Positions 1-11,526 of a stretch of DNA of 64,000 nt are shown here, one piece after another (the first letter of the stretch is position 1; each line of letters begins with the position of its first letter). Where the stretch lies: assembly GCA_016748015.1 (NCBI GenBank), contig JAAOMT010000543.1:186001-250000 (forward strand), read 5' to 3'. The notes beneath the pieces were generated by a model that was not told the origin of the DNA, made no database searches, and was given only the letters and a program-made list of their open reading frames with translations. Made by a program: the position numbers and the translations under genes. The stretch comes from Geosiphon pyriformis uo1 (lineage: Eukaryota; Fungi; Glomeromycota).

Positions 1-767
1 AAGCTTATACTAATTTTATGAAGGCTTTATATTACTGGCTTTCTGTTGTTGTTTACAAGTGTTTGTATGCCAAAAATTATCCAAATGTGATATGTTTGTT
101 TTGTGAAGATATTGAGATCTCAAATCACACTTTCTTCTGCTTATTCAATTCTGATGTTTGTGTTCAGTTGTTGGACACCTATACAGCCAATTAGAGAGTG
201 ATTTCTAGTCTGTCTTGTTCAGTTTCATGTATGTTATAGTGTTTGAGTTTCTGTTCTTCTAATGCTGCTGTGTGTGTGGCTTTGAGCAAGAGATTTGTCT
301 TTAATGATTGGTATCAGAAGTCACTTTTTATTTTTAAAGATTCTAAAATTGTGGGTCGGATGGTTGTGAACTTTATGCGCAGATTTGGCCTTGTATTTAG
401 AGAGAAGATTTGGTTGGCTCATGTCAAACACTGGGCTTTTATGGAGAAAAATGGACTAATTTCATATGATGAGTCTGTTCCGGTCTCAGTATTTGAACTT
501 TTTTCAGTATTTTCTGTTGGTATAGTTAAATTGTTGGGTATTGCTGATATTATTAGTATTAGTTTTGGTTTTTGTAATTTTTGTCAGTTTTTTTCAGGTT
601 TAGATAGTGTAGTTTTGGTTTATATAGATACATAGTATTGTTCTGATCAGCCTGAATGGCTGGTTACATGTAGAAAATACATGATACATGCTTAGTTTAG
701 ATTACTAAGTTGATGTATTGTACTAGATTGTGTTTAGATTTTACTCATTAAAGTAAAAAAAAAAAAA
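1..767 (+). mobile_element. 3' end of a non-LTR retrotransposon (LINE) copy: degenerate ORF2 C-terminus, 3' UTR and poly(A)
   Basis: ORF 243..635 aligns with the ORF2 C-terminus at 28529..29077 (FVFNDW...VxF...F.EKIW..HxAxMxKNGLI). The 3' UTR (cagcctgaatggctg) matches 29078-29200, and a poly(A) lies at 755-767. Confidence 0.9.
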
Positions 768-1924
768 TTTACAACTGTAATTTTTATGAAATTGATTATA
801 TATATTAAATTTTTACTTATTTAATTCACTTTTTTATTGTAATTTTTTTTTTGATTATTTCTATTACTTTACAATTTTGTTTTTTTGCTATCTATTAACT
901 TGTATTCTAATTTGTAACAATAATATAAAATAATTAATAAATAATTAATAATAATAAGTTATAATTATTAAAATTTAATAAAAGAGTATTTTTATAAAAG
1001 TTGTTTTGTAATTTAAGAAATATATATAAATAAAAATAGTTTTAAATAAAAAACAAAAAACTGTTTTTATCTTTAAATTAAAATTTTTGGTTTAATTTTA
1101 ATAAAACTTATTTTTTATTTAATATATAAATCTAAATATTGTTGTTGTAATTTAATTATAATTATTAACAAAATATTGATTTTTGATTTTTGATTTTTTG
1201 CTTTTATTAAAAACTAACTTGTAAAAAAAAATAATAATAAAAAATAATATTATAAATAGTTTAAAAAAAACATGTATACTATAAACATAAAATTAAATTC
1301 ATTAACAGTTTTGATAGTTTTTCAAAAAATTAAATAATACCAAAAAAATTTTATAACAAATGAAATAAGTTAAATATGTAATTATTAAAGCAACAAATTA
1401 TCAGAATCTTTGTTTTTTATAAAAGACAAAATTTTCAAATTGACAAATCTTTAAATATAACAGATTACAGTAAAGCACCAAATTACAGAAATCCATCCAG
1501 AAATATTATTTATAACAGCAACTATTAATGGTTGGATCTTACTTTATTAAGCAATAAGTTGGTACAAATTAACACTTTTTATTTTTTCAGTTGAAAAAGA
1601 TTAAGTTCTTGAAAATCAAGTGTACATTTTCAAGTCTTTAAACTGCTTGTAAGAATATTGATATGCACAAAGATCTGCCGAACAATGATCCTGAAACGTC
1701 AATAGTTGTAACATACAAGCCACCCATATCGGATGTATGGATGTATGTCCTTCACATCCCTAAATAAGCAATTGCACCCAAAATGGTGATGATTTTAAAA
1801 ATCACCAACCTAAGCGATTTTCCTTGGTTTTATCTAGCAATTTCTCTTTTCCTTCAGGCGGTTCTATTTGCTCTTTAAAATAAAAGAGCAAAGTAGAGTA
1901 TAAAAAAGGGACAAAATACAACTC

Positions 1925-4445
1925 ATGGATGAATATGATTATTTATTAGCAGCTCTCGTGACTTTTCATGTTCTTTTTTGTCCGTTCACTAAAGTCGAAG
2001 AAAGTTTCAACTTGCAAGCGACCCACGATGTCTTAGAATATGGTGTGAGTTTTGAAGCCTTAGATAAGGTACAAACAAAATATATTATATTTTTTTTATA
2101 ATTCAACCCTCAAACTCACTCTCACTTTTGAAAAGTATGACCACTTTGAGTTTCCTGGGGTTGTTCCTCGTACTTTTGTTGGACCGTTAGCCTTGAGTAT
2201 AGTTAGTTGGCCTTTCATAAAAGCTTTGGAAATATTTATCTCAAACATAAAAAAGACGGCATTTCAATACATAGGTGAGTCAAGTATTCGTACATTAAAT
2301 AGTTTGAACCATACAAGTTTTTATTATATGCAAAAACTTGCTTTTTTTCCAATATTTTTTCTTGCAGTGCGTATTATCCTTGGTCTTTTCACCGTTTTCA
2401 CTTTATCTCGCTTGCGAATATCAATCAGTACATGTTTTGGACCAACAATATCAATCGCTTTCGCGTTGCTTACCGCCTGTCAATTTCATACAATATTTTG
2501 GGCTAGCAGAACTTTACCCAATATGTTTGCTTTTCCGTTAAGTAATAATCATGTCTTTCTTTAATCCCAGTAAACTATCCAGTCTTTTGATTTATATTTT
2601 ACTTGAATACTTCTCGGGAGGCTATTAATCGTTTGAGTTATCAATTTTAATTTCAGTCATTCTTGCATTTTCGCGTTGGATTTTATCTACAACTTCTTCA
2701 AAACCCCGAATACACTTATATGCAATGGCACGATATTTAACTTTTGCCATGATTGTTTTCCGATTCGAAATTTTTATTTTGGCTGGTTCCATTTTTTTAC
2801 TCGAAATATTTCTCAATAACGTCAAAATTTGGAATCTTTTGAAAGCTGTAACCCCTACCGGAGCTTTGAGCCTTGGTGAGAATTCATTAAGCAATAGTTT
2901 TTTAAGCCTTTCAACTGAATATTTACTTTTTGTCTCATTTTTATTTTGAGAAGGTATCTCTCTTGTCATTGATTCATATTTTTGGCAGAAAATTTGCATG
3001 TGGCCAGAAGGTCACGTGTTTTATTTTAACGCCATCTTGGGTAAGAGTGTAGAATGGGGAGTAAGTGAAATTTCTTTTATGCCTCTAACAACATTCCAAA
3101 GTATTTCTGATTCACTTTTCAATCTTGGAAAATATTACATTTTTAATTTGAAGCAGTTTTTTGGTCAACCTTCACGTTCTAATGAGATAATTTTATTCCC
3201 AACTAAATAGGTCTCACCATTTCACACATATTTTACTACATTTTTACCTCGACTTCTTCTCATTTCTTTCCCATTGAGCATTTTTGCTCCTTTCTTGGAT
3301 CGAAGATGCCTGAGATTTTTGCTGCCGATGGTCCTATTTGTCTTTGGGTTTTCTTTTTTAGGCCATAAAGAATGGCGCTTTATCGTATATGTAGTGCCTA
3401 TTTTCAATTTATGCGCAGCCATTACTTGGATTTCAATGTAAGTAGAACAGTTTTTTTTTGGCTTTATTTTTTTGCATCAACATATTCGCCATAAAGTCTG
3501 GAATTTTTTTGAATGGGATTCAAATTCTTGGTGCTCTTATTAAAATCTCAAAAACGCCTATATTATGCATTTCTTTATGCCAAAGATGATTTTCAAAAAA
3601 TAGCTTATCATTTTTTCATGGTCCCCGCCATTTGAAATTGAAGATAAGTCGCGACACACAATGCAACTCTTCAACTATGGGAATCCAGTTTCGTTTAATT
3701 TCCAAATCAAAGTTTCTTTTGAACTAGAATATTGTGTTCATTTTTATATAAATTCCCTTTCCGATTGTCATATATTCTTCACACTTTGGCTCTTGTTAAT
3801 ATTTATCCCTTTTATAGGGAAAAACGACGAGCCTTGAGGCGTTTTTTTGCGATTTTCAGAGCTACAATGTGCTTTATTCTCACAATAAGTTTTCTGGGAA
3901 GCATGGTTATGCTACTGGCATCTTCTTGGAATTATCCTGGAGGTATTGCATTACAAATATTACACAAAAGTCAAAAGGATTATCAACAAGGTACCTCAAT
4001 TATTTTTTACATTTGATCAGGTATAAGAATATTTTTGCGCTTATTTACAATTTTTTTTGCAAATACAGCTAAAATTCACATTGATGCGTATAGCGCCATG
4101 ACGGGAGTGTCAAGGTTCGGTCAATTACGAGATGATTGGACTTACTCAAAAGAGGAGTCACACCTAAAATCGGAAGATTTTTATAACTACACACACCTTA
4201 TAACCTCAACACCTAAATTACATCAAGAACACTTCGAGACTTTGGACGTTGTTTATGGGTATACTGGTGTGAAAATTAGGCCGCTCCACGAAGTCTTCAT
4301 GGATTGGAGTAACTTTACCAGCGTGCCATTTTTCACTAAGAATTATCGATTGGGTGATATCTCAAGAAGTTTGGTGAGGTTATCCCCAATTGTAATCACT
4401 ACGGAACCCAAAGTTTGGATTGCTCGAAATCGTCCGCGCTCTTAG
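1925..4445 (+). CDS. ALG12: Dol-P-Man alpha-1,6-mannosyltransferase (GT22 family), about 8 exons
   Basis: Spliced translation gives PFTKVEESFNLQATHD, YDHFEFPGVVPRTFVGP, QFHTIFWASRTLPNMFAFPL, WPEGHVFYFNAILGKSVEWG|VSPFH, GHKEWRF, NYPGG and HIDAYSAMTGVSRFGQ. Approximate exons: 1925-2068, 2136-2273, 2368-2540, 2657-2874, 2954-3060, 3211-3437, 3818-3990, 4069-4445. Confidence 0.93.
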
Positions 4446-4984
4446 ATAAAACCAAGCATTTTGCTTTTACAGGTGATTCAAATACATTCCGGAACTTATG
4501 GTAAGTACATGAATCCGTCATGAGCCAACGGAATCAATTATGGGACCGGCTCTTAAATATCCGAAAGCCGACATAACTTTGCTTTTGTCATCATGGGTGA
4601 CTGGTTGCGTCACCATTTGATGGTGGGATTATTGATCGTGATTTATGTAGTGATGTTGCAGCAAACCATCGGCGAAATAGCCCGTATTGTTACAGTGACA
4701 CGTATCACGTTACTGCATCATAATAATTCCAGTGGTGCTTTGGGGTACTTGCTCAATACCCTATCTTTGCTCAAGCAAAAAGAAGCCTTCTAACAGAAAA
4801 AAAAAACGAAACTAATATTCCTATTGATAGTGGAAGAGACGAAACTACTCTGAATCCTAATTCAGTTTTTTATTTTTAAACCCTTTCTTAACTTTTCATA
4901 CTTCAGTAAAGAGTTCTCTCTTGTTCGTTAAAGGCATCTTTATTTGAAAACTGGGTCTCAACTTATCATACCTACTGCGCCAAT

Positions 4985-7900
4985 ATGAACAGCAGTCCGA
5001 ACAGGAAGTCGTTTCGTGCAAGACGAATTGACAATAAAAAACCTATGAAAATTCTATGGGAGCATGAAGCCTCCGACATTGAAGATTACTCTATGCAAGT
5101 GCGAGCTGCTCCTCCTATTGAGACAGGGGTTGAAAAAGAAGAAGAAGAGGTTCGCCCCATTTCTTCTTTCCCTATATAGTAAAGTATATATAGGAAGATG
5201 GTAACAATTTCAGTGAAAACACTTATTAGTTCATAAGTCTTGTTCCTTAGTTTGTCATTACTATCGGAAGGGTTATTTTGGATGTTTCTCTTTGTATTGT
5301 TTTCTTTGACCTACTGCGGATTACGACTTCAGCACGTGACCTATACACATATCACCTAGCAATTTTCATAATGTCCTATTACTATATGTACTGCTATTAC
5401 CCTTATGCTTCTCACCATCTGGATATCATGTTGCGAAATGACATTTAATAGTTGATAATTGTCAATAGATAGTTAATCAATTTTTGAATAAAGGTTTCGT
5501 TTATTTATCTCAAACAGCTTTAATATTGATTGCGACCTAACTTCTTATTTGAATGTCTTTACCAATCTTTAGGAGCTCCACTTACAAGCTGTTTTAAATT
5601 CAACTGAAGTGGCCCTCAGAACTGGAAATCATGAAAATATAGCATCAATACCGACTCCATGCGCAAAAAGAGAAAACCCTGATTACCAAGATCTCTACAA
5701 AGCAAAAAATCTTAAGGAGACGGCGACTTATATTAAATACTCAGCGGAGATTGAAGAATCTACAGGGTGTCCATACACTCTTACTGACGATGATCTTGAT
5801 TGGATTCAAAAATATAATGATAGCAAACCTGATAAAGAGAAACTCGAAGAAGATGAACTCGAGTGGATGTTATATCAATTCGAATTAATAGCAAATCGAA
5901 GGCTACGATGTAAGGTGAGTCACGCTGAAGTAAAATTCATGAATTTGGTCAAAATTGTTCAAATTTTCAATTTTGAGACTAATTCTTAAAAGTCATTTTC
6001 TGTACCTTAATACTCATAGAGAGATCCTAAAGCACTCCCAAGTATTCAAGAAATGGAGCGAACATTCACGGGTGAACTTCTTGCCCCGCTTCGATTAAAG
6101 CTCCCGATTGTGTACTCTTATTGGATGGAATGTAGGATCAAGCGCGGTGGTGGTGCGGTGGCACCTGTCGTGATGGTAAATGTCCAGGGTCTGTTATTTG
6201 CTGCATGTTTTATTTAAAACTTTATTTATATTTACATTTGCTCGTTTTTAGACCGAACCTGCCAATATTCAAGAAGAGGAGAATCCTTATGTATGTTTTC
6301 GACGTAGGGAACTCAAGCCAATGCGAAAGACTCGACGAACTGATGCCAAATCTTTGGAGCGATGTGATAAATTGCATCTGAATCTCACTATGGGGGCAAT
6401 AGTTCTTGAAAGTCGGCTGAAATTCGCAAAACGAAGGCGGGAAATTGTAGCAAATGAGATGAATATGTTTAATGGGAGGCTCCAAGTAAAACAATTTTCG
6501 CGAGGCTTAGGTATTGAAGAGAATGTTTCTGGAAAGCCACCTAAAGTGCGTATACTCTTGTCCTTTTATTGCCCTACTTTTTGGTTAATGTTTGTTCTTT
6601 TATTCTGGTAATGACTCTTCGAATTCTATTCATTGTTTATAGAAGAAAGTACGAAAGCTTTCACATTCATCGAGCGATAAAGGGTGCGTTTTTCGATCTT
6701 TTTGCAAAGTTTTTCAGAAACCATTGCACTTTGATCTTTGATGATTAAGCTTTGGAATTTTATCTGAAAACAGACGTAAAAGCCAATCTGCTACTTCAAC
6801 TCAATGCATAGAAGCTCGAGCTGGATGGATTGATTCAACCGACGTAAGCTTTTGCCTCAAGCTATTTATTTCATTTTACTTTTTCAACAAAATTTATAAG
6901 GGAAAACTCGCTACATTACTATATATTTTCATTAGGAGGTATTCGAGCCATTAAGAAAACCCCCGCCAATCGAATATTATCAATTGTACTCAGCTTCTGA
7001 AGATGATTTTTCTTCAGACGATAGTGAACCCTTATCACCTCTACCCGAACGTTGCGCATTTCGAACGCGTATTGGTCGTGGTGGTCGAATATTCACAGAT
7101 CGCCGGGGATTTAGGCCTCGTGCTGATTTGCACGGGAAGTTTCGTCAAAAGTTCAAGTATGATGATATGGATGAATTTGAGATTTTTAGTGACGAGGACC
7201 AAGAGTCGTTTGACAAAATGGAACCCGATTTAAGAGAAAGGTTATATTTTCTTATTCCACTTCTTTACTCTTTCTGGGTATGTTCTTATCAATTTATGTG
7301 AATATCATTGAAAGTTTGACTAACGTTCATATATTTCTTGGATAAACTTCTCAAAATATTTAGTCCAATCAAATATTCGCTTCTCAATGAGAATGACATA
7401 ACGGAATTGATTTGCCAGAGAAGTTTCCAGCCGAACTTACCATTTACAATGCCAGCAAATCCTTCCAGCGCAGCACCGCAGCCTAAACAATCTACACCAC
7501 CCACGCAAAAACCTTTGGTTGCCAGCAGTCCTTCGGTAGTGAATACAACACACCAGGCACATCGATCAAGTTCAATACTTTCTACTGGGTTTGCACCCGG
7601 ACCTCAATCACAAATTTCACGTTTACCAATGGTAGCACAAACCCTCCGCGCCAGAGCGAAAGCCCAATTAGCCAAGATGCCGAATCCTATTCCAGTATTA
7701 AGGGGCGCCAATGCAACCTCAAGTGGACCTATAGGAACGATCACAGGCACCAATAGCCCTGGTGTTCCTCGAAATGGAATACAATCACAAATTTCAATGC
7801 CACATGTTAATAACAACATCACTCGAAGCATTCAATCAATGATGATGCAGCGAACAGCTGCTCCAATACCACAAACCTCGACCATTAATAATGCACATCT

Positions 7901-8243
7901 TGTAGCTTCCGGCATCAATAACTCACATCTCATGTCTAATGGTATTAATAATGCCCATATTGCGCATATATCTAATAGCGCCAACAATAGTCATTTGGTG
8001 AATGGAAACAATGTTTTTGTACAAACCCAAGGTTCCCCTATGATTAGAAACCAATCTACAATAGCCCAACGTGGCCCATCAATGATTAACAAAAGCCCTG
8101 TTGCTCACAGGCTTATGGTAACCAACGGCGGACCCAACATTTCAGCAAATCCTTTTCCCCCAGGTTATCAGAGGAATAGTTACAATGATTTGGGATTTCG
8201 TCGAGATGAGAGTCTGCCAGGCAATTCAAGAGGACATTCTTAA
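4985..8243 (+). CDS. EPL1: Enhancer of polycomb-like protein 1 (NuA4 HAT subunit), multi-exon
   Basis: N-terminal FRARRIDNKKPM..IETGVEKEEEE|ELHLQ, then VYSYW..R..RGG, the hallmark NPYVCFRRRELKPMRKTRRTD, and FRTRIGRGGRIFTDRR. Exons 4985-5149, 5573-5914, 6020-6175, 6252-6545, two micro-exons (~6643-6843), ~6936-7240 and ~7363-8243. Confidence 0.93.
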
Positions 8244-9429
8244 ATGGCATTTTAAATTTGCATTTAGTGATTTTTTGATTTTTGCTAATTCGTTTGTGGC
8301 TTGTAACATGTATGTGGATAGCCAGCTGTTTGTTAAAATTCAAAGTGAACATTCACCCGAGGCATTTGAATGGAAAAATGAACTCCCAAAATCAAAAATT
8401 TCTGTCCCATATGGATCTATGAATAATTTTAGTATTATGAGTTCAAATAAAAGGATTTCTGTCATCTGCTTCAACATTTTTTATATTCGTAATTTAATCA
8501 ATCAAATTGATTGCGTTTAACTGGCACGAAAACAACTAAATTTCGGAATTTCTTTTTCATGAATTCAACTTTCTCTTATCATACTGAGCAAAGGTTTTTT
8601 TTATCAGGAACCTGTCAGCATTATTATTTGAGAGCTTTTATTGATAAAATATTAAATTTCCTTTTGATGAACCTATCCTATATTCCTTACCCATCTTCCC
8701 TCCATAATTCTATAATTTTATAATTCTGCACTTCCGCCACAATCAACCTAAATAATCTTGCTCGCTTTTATGGTTTTCGTACTGTTCGCTCGGAGTCCAT
8801 TGTGGGTTAACCTTAAGAGAACCATCAGGTTGTGCGTATTGCTGTACCGTAGCTTCGTTTGGTCCTCACCAATTGGAATTCTCTATCAGTGGCACCTCAG
8901 ATCTGTCGGAATTTCGCACGTGTCAATTTCAAAAAGTCTATGGATACCTAAAGAAAAAAAGGTCTCATTATCATAACTCGCGAATGTCCTCCTCTTGCAG
9001 GAAAACCGAAGATTGAGGCTAATGCTTTGTATCATGTAAACCCGAATTGGGCTGGCGGTGCTCACCTCTGATACAACGACATGGTATGACATATCCTTAG
9101 CCGCCCGTACGTTTTGAACGTAATCTGATATCTCCTTGAAACTTTCAACTTTATATGGTTTGGATTCCTTCGTGACCGAGATCTCGTATGGTTTTTCGTT
9201 CATCGTATATGCAATGCCGTCTGCTCTATCAGCATTTCCTTTCTGATTGGTGACTGACTTCCGATATGCCGAGGCGTCGATTGCCTTATTGCCGCTACAA
9301 AAAGATGAAAAAAGCGGCTTTTACTTTAAACACTTAAAAAAAAACCTTACGATATATAGCAAATATTCGAAAATCGATGCAGAATAAGCGGTATCAATAG
9401 GGCAAGACAATTGAAAAGATTTAACATAC

Positions 9430-9920
9430 ATCCGTTGGTCACGTATTTTGCAATTGTAGTTCTTCGAAAAGCGTATTGGTATTTACACTCAGCACATTGG
9501 AAAAAACTAGTTTTCTTTTGGCTTCGCAAACGCTAATTATTTAGACACTCAACATGTACATACTGAGTTTAAAGAAATTTAGTTTTTTTTCCAGAAATAG
9601 CTCACAAAAGTTAAAATCAATCTTAACCCCCAAAACATATACGACACATTTTATCACCACTAGTACTATCAGCTATCAAGAGGGTAGGATCTGTACCTCT
9701 TGCCAAGGCTATTACTTTTTCAATGCGGTTTTGATATTTTTCATTGCAATGTTTTCTTTCATCAACTAGTTTTCAGATCCAATTACCCTTGCTGCTCATT
9801 CTCGCCAAGTAAATTTTCGCTGCCAAAAATCACTGAGCTTGATTCCCCATGTTCAGCCTTTACGTCTCGAAATTTACGTTTCGACGCACTTTGGTGAGTT
9901 ATATTTTCAGGTTCGCTCAT
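9430..9920 (-). pseudogene. 5' fragment of a RING-variant (RING-CH/MARCH-type) E3 ubiquitin ligase gene
   Basis: Minus strand reads MSEPEN..., then KMCRICFGG (~9628-9650) and, after an intron, YVHVECLNN*RLRSQKKTSFFQCAECKYQY. The conserved W is a TAG (9533-9535) and the PCxC ligand pair is missing. Confidence 0.8.
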
Positions 9921-11249
9921 ATTCATTGAAAGTTAAAAATCTTGGAAACTAGACACGAATCTGAAGGTTTGGTCTAAAAAATTACCATTCGCTATTTCAA
10001 GATATTGTTGATTATTTTATTGTAATTAACACCCCATCAGGGAAGATCATAGTATTGCCTTCTTTAACATGGGATGAATGTATGTATTCATGAATTCATC
10101 CTCCAACATATCGCAGTTCTTGAGAGGATTGTTGTATGGCCAGGCATACGCATCAAAACTAAAAGAAAACACAAAGTTATCTTCAAGTACTCCAACAAAA
10201 CAGAGCCCAATGAAAGATACTTACAAGGCCGGTAATGTCTCAAACAAAAGTCGCTTCAATATTTTTTAAAATACATCTTCCTCTGGCTCCAATAAACCTT
10301 CCAGCTTGATCTCCCATTGTTCATGGCTGCATTTCTAAAGATTAAGAAGGGTGCATGTTTAGATGAACAAAAAAAAGGCCCAACTTCCCATGAAATTGCG
10401 GACAATACCTCTGAGAAGAAGTCACAAAGGAAATCAAACGCGCCATCCGGAAACTTATCGACGGATTCTAAAATCTCCTTTAGAACCTGCATGCAATCAT
10501 TTTCCTTTACAGGGTTTAGAACAAACTCTGATGATGGGGATAAATCCATGATTTCTTCCCGAGTCAGCTCATTATCGGTGCCGCGACGATATTTCTGGAA
10601 ACTCAAAATTAAATTAGTCATATTCGCGGAGCATTCTTGCAACTGATCTAGGAGGGTTTTAATGATAATTTGGGCGTTATAGTTCTATAAAAATGCAGAG
10701 ATTAATTAGATGAGGAATAAAAGAGGTTTTCGATCAACATGTACCTCATTGTCTTCATGCTTTCTCTTGTTCTCCTCACTCTCGTTCACATTCTTCCCAA
10801 AATTCCCATCCTCAGGATCCTTTCTCTCACCAGCAAGTTTCTCTTTCTCTTCCTCTTCCTCTTTCTCATTAATCTGAAATATCAGTTAGTATCTCAAGCT
10901 TCGATATGAACCACGTGCATAGTGTCCAGCGTACCTTGCCACTAAATGTCGCCATCGGCGCTCCGAGTTACCATATGCCTGATAACTTGGGTCTTTTGAT
11001 GAGTAGCAAGTGTGTTCGTTACTCTCGATGTACTCACCTATATATTAAGGCTCATATTAAACTGTGGCCATAGAAAAGTTATGATGAGATTCGTGATTGA
11101 GACATATTACATACCTCCTCTTCTTTCAGTGTTCATTTCTTCCCAAAGAACTCGCAGAACTTTGTTACCTCAATTTTGTGCTTAGAAATAGAAAAAAGAA
11201 GGTTATCACCAATGCCTAGGAAATAAGTGCCCATCCGGAGCTCTTACAC

Positions 11250-11526
11250 CTTGCAGCCAAAAGGCGTCACCTACTCCGAGGGTTACAGGGCATCTCCTGC
11301 CCCCCGTGTGGTATACAAGTATGCAATGCACCGAGGGAGTACCCACTGTGAAGGTCCAGCCTTCGTGTGGTATACAAGTTTGCGCAAGCGCTCCATACAG
11401 CGTCACCTACTCCGGAGGTTACAGGGCGTCCCCTGCCCCCCGTGTGGCGTACAACTCTGCAAGCCTCTATACAGTGCACCACTCCGTGGGTTACAGGCGT
11501 TACCTGACCCCGTGTGATGCAACTGT
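11250..11526 (-). repeat. Four imperfect tandem GC-rich hairpin units (~60-77 bp) in intron 1 of the minus-strand gene
   Basis: Minus-strand motif A(C/G)TTG(T/C)A..CACACG GGGG GCAGG-loop-CCTGT AA CCYYCG GAGT(A)GGTG is present in three units, plus one variant unit (11321-11379). Confidence 0.85.

Noticed and set aside
768-1400. AT-rich stretch (and 12130-12690) as a definable LTR
   Set aside because: It is probably a TE relic, but no ends, TSD or reliable match could be established.
1925-8243. U12-type introns or intronic snoRNAs in the longer ALG12/EPL1 introns
   Set aside because: No RTATCCTT donors and no convincing C/D or H/ACA box arrangement were seen.
10317-10646. Plus-strand ORF and its twin 63786..63968 as a conserved gene
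   Set aside because: They are antisense shadows of the spliced gene on the other strand.
11250-11526. Hairpin array as a known ribozyme (hammerhead, HDV-like, twister, hairpin) or a CRISPR array
   Set aside because: There is no CUGAnGA/GAAA core, the TCCCTCG loop is out of register for HDV L3, twister P2/L4 elements are missing, and there is no constant-repeat/unique-spacer pattern or cas gene.
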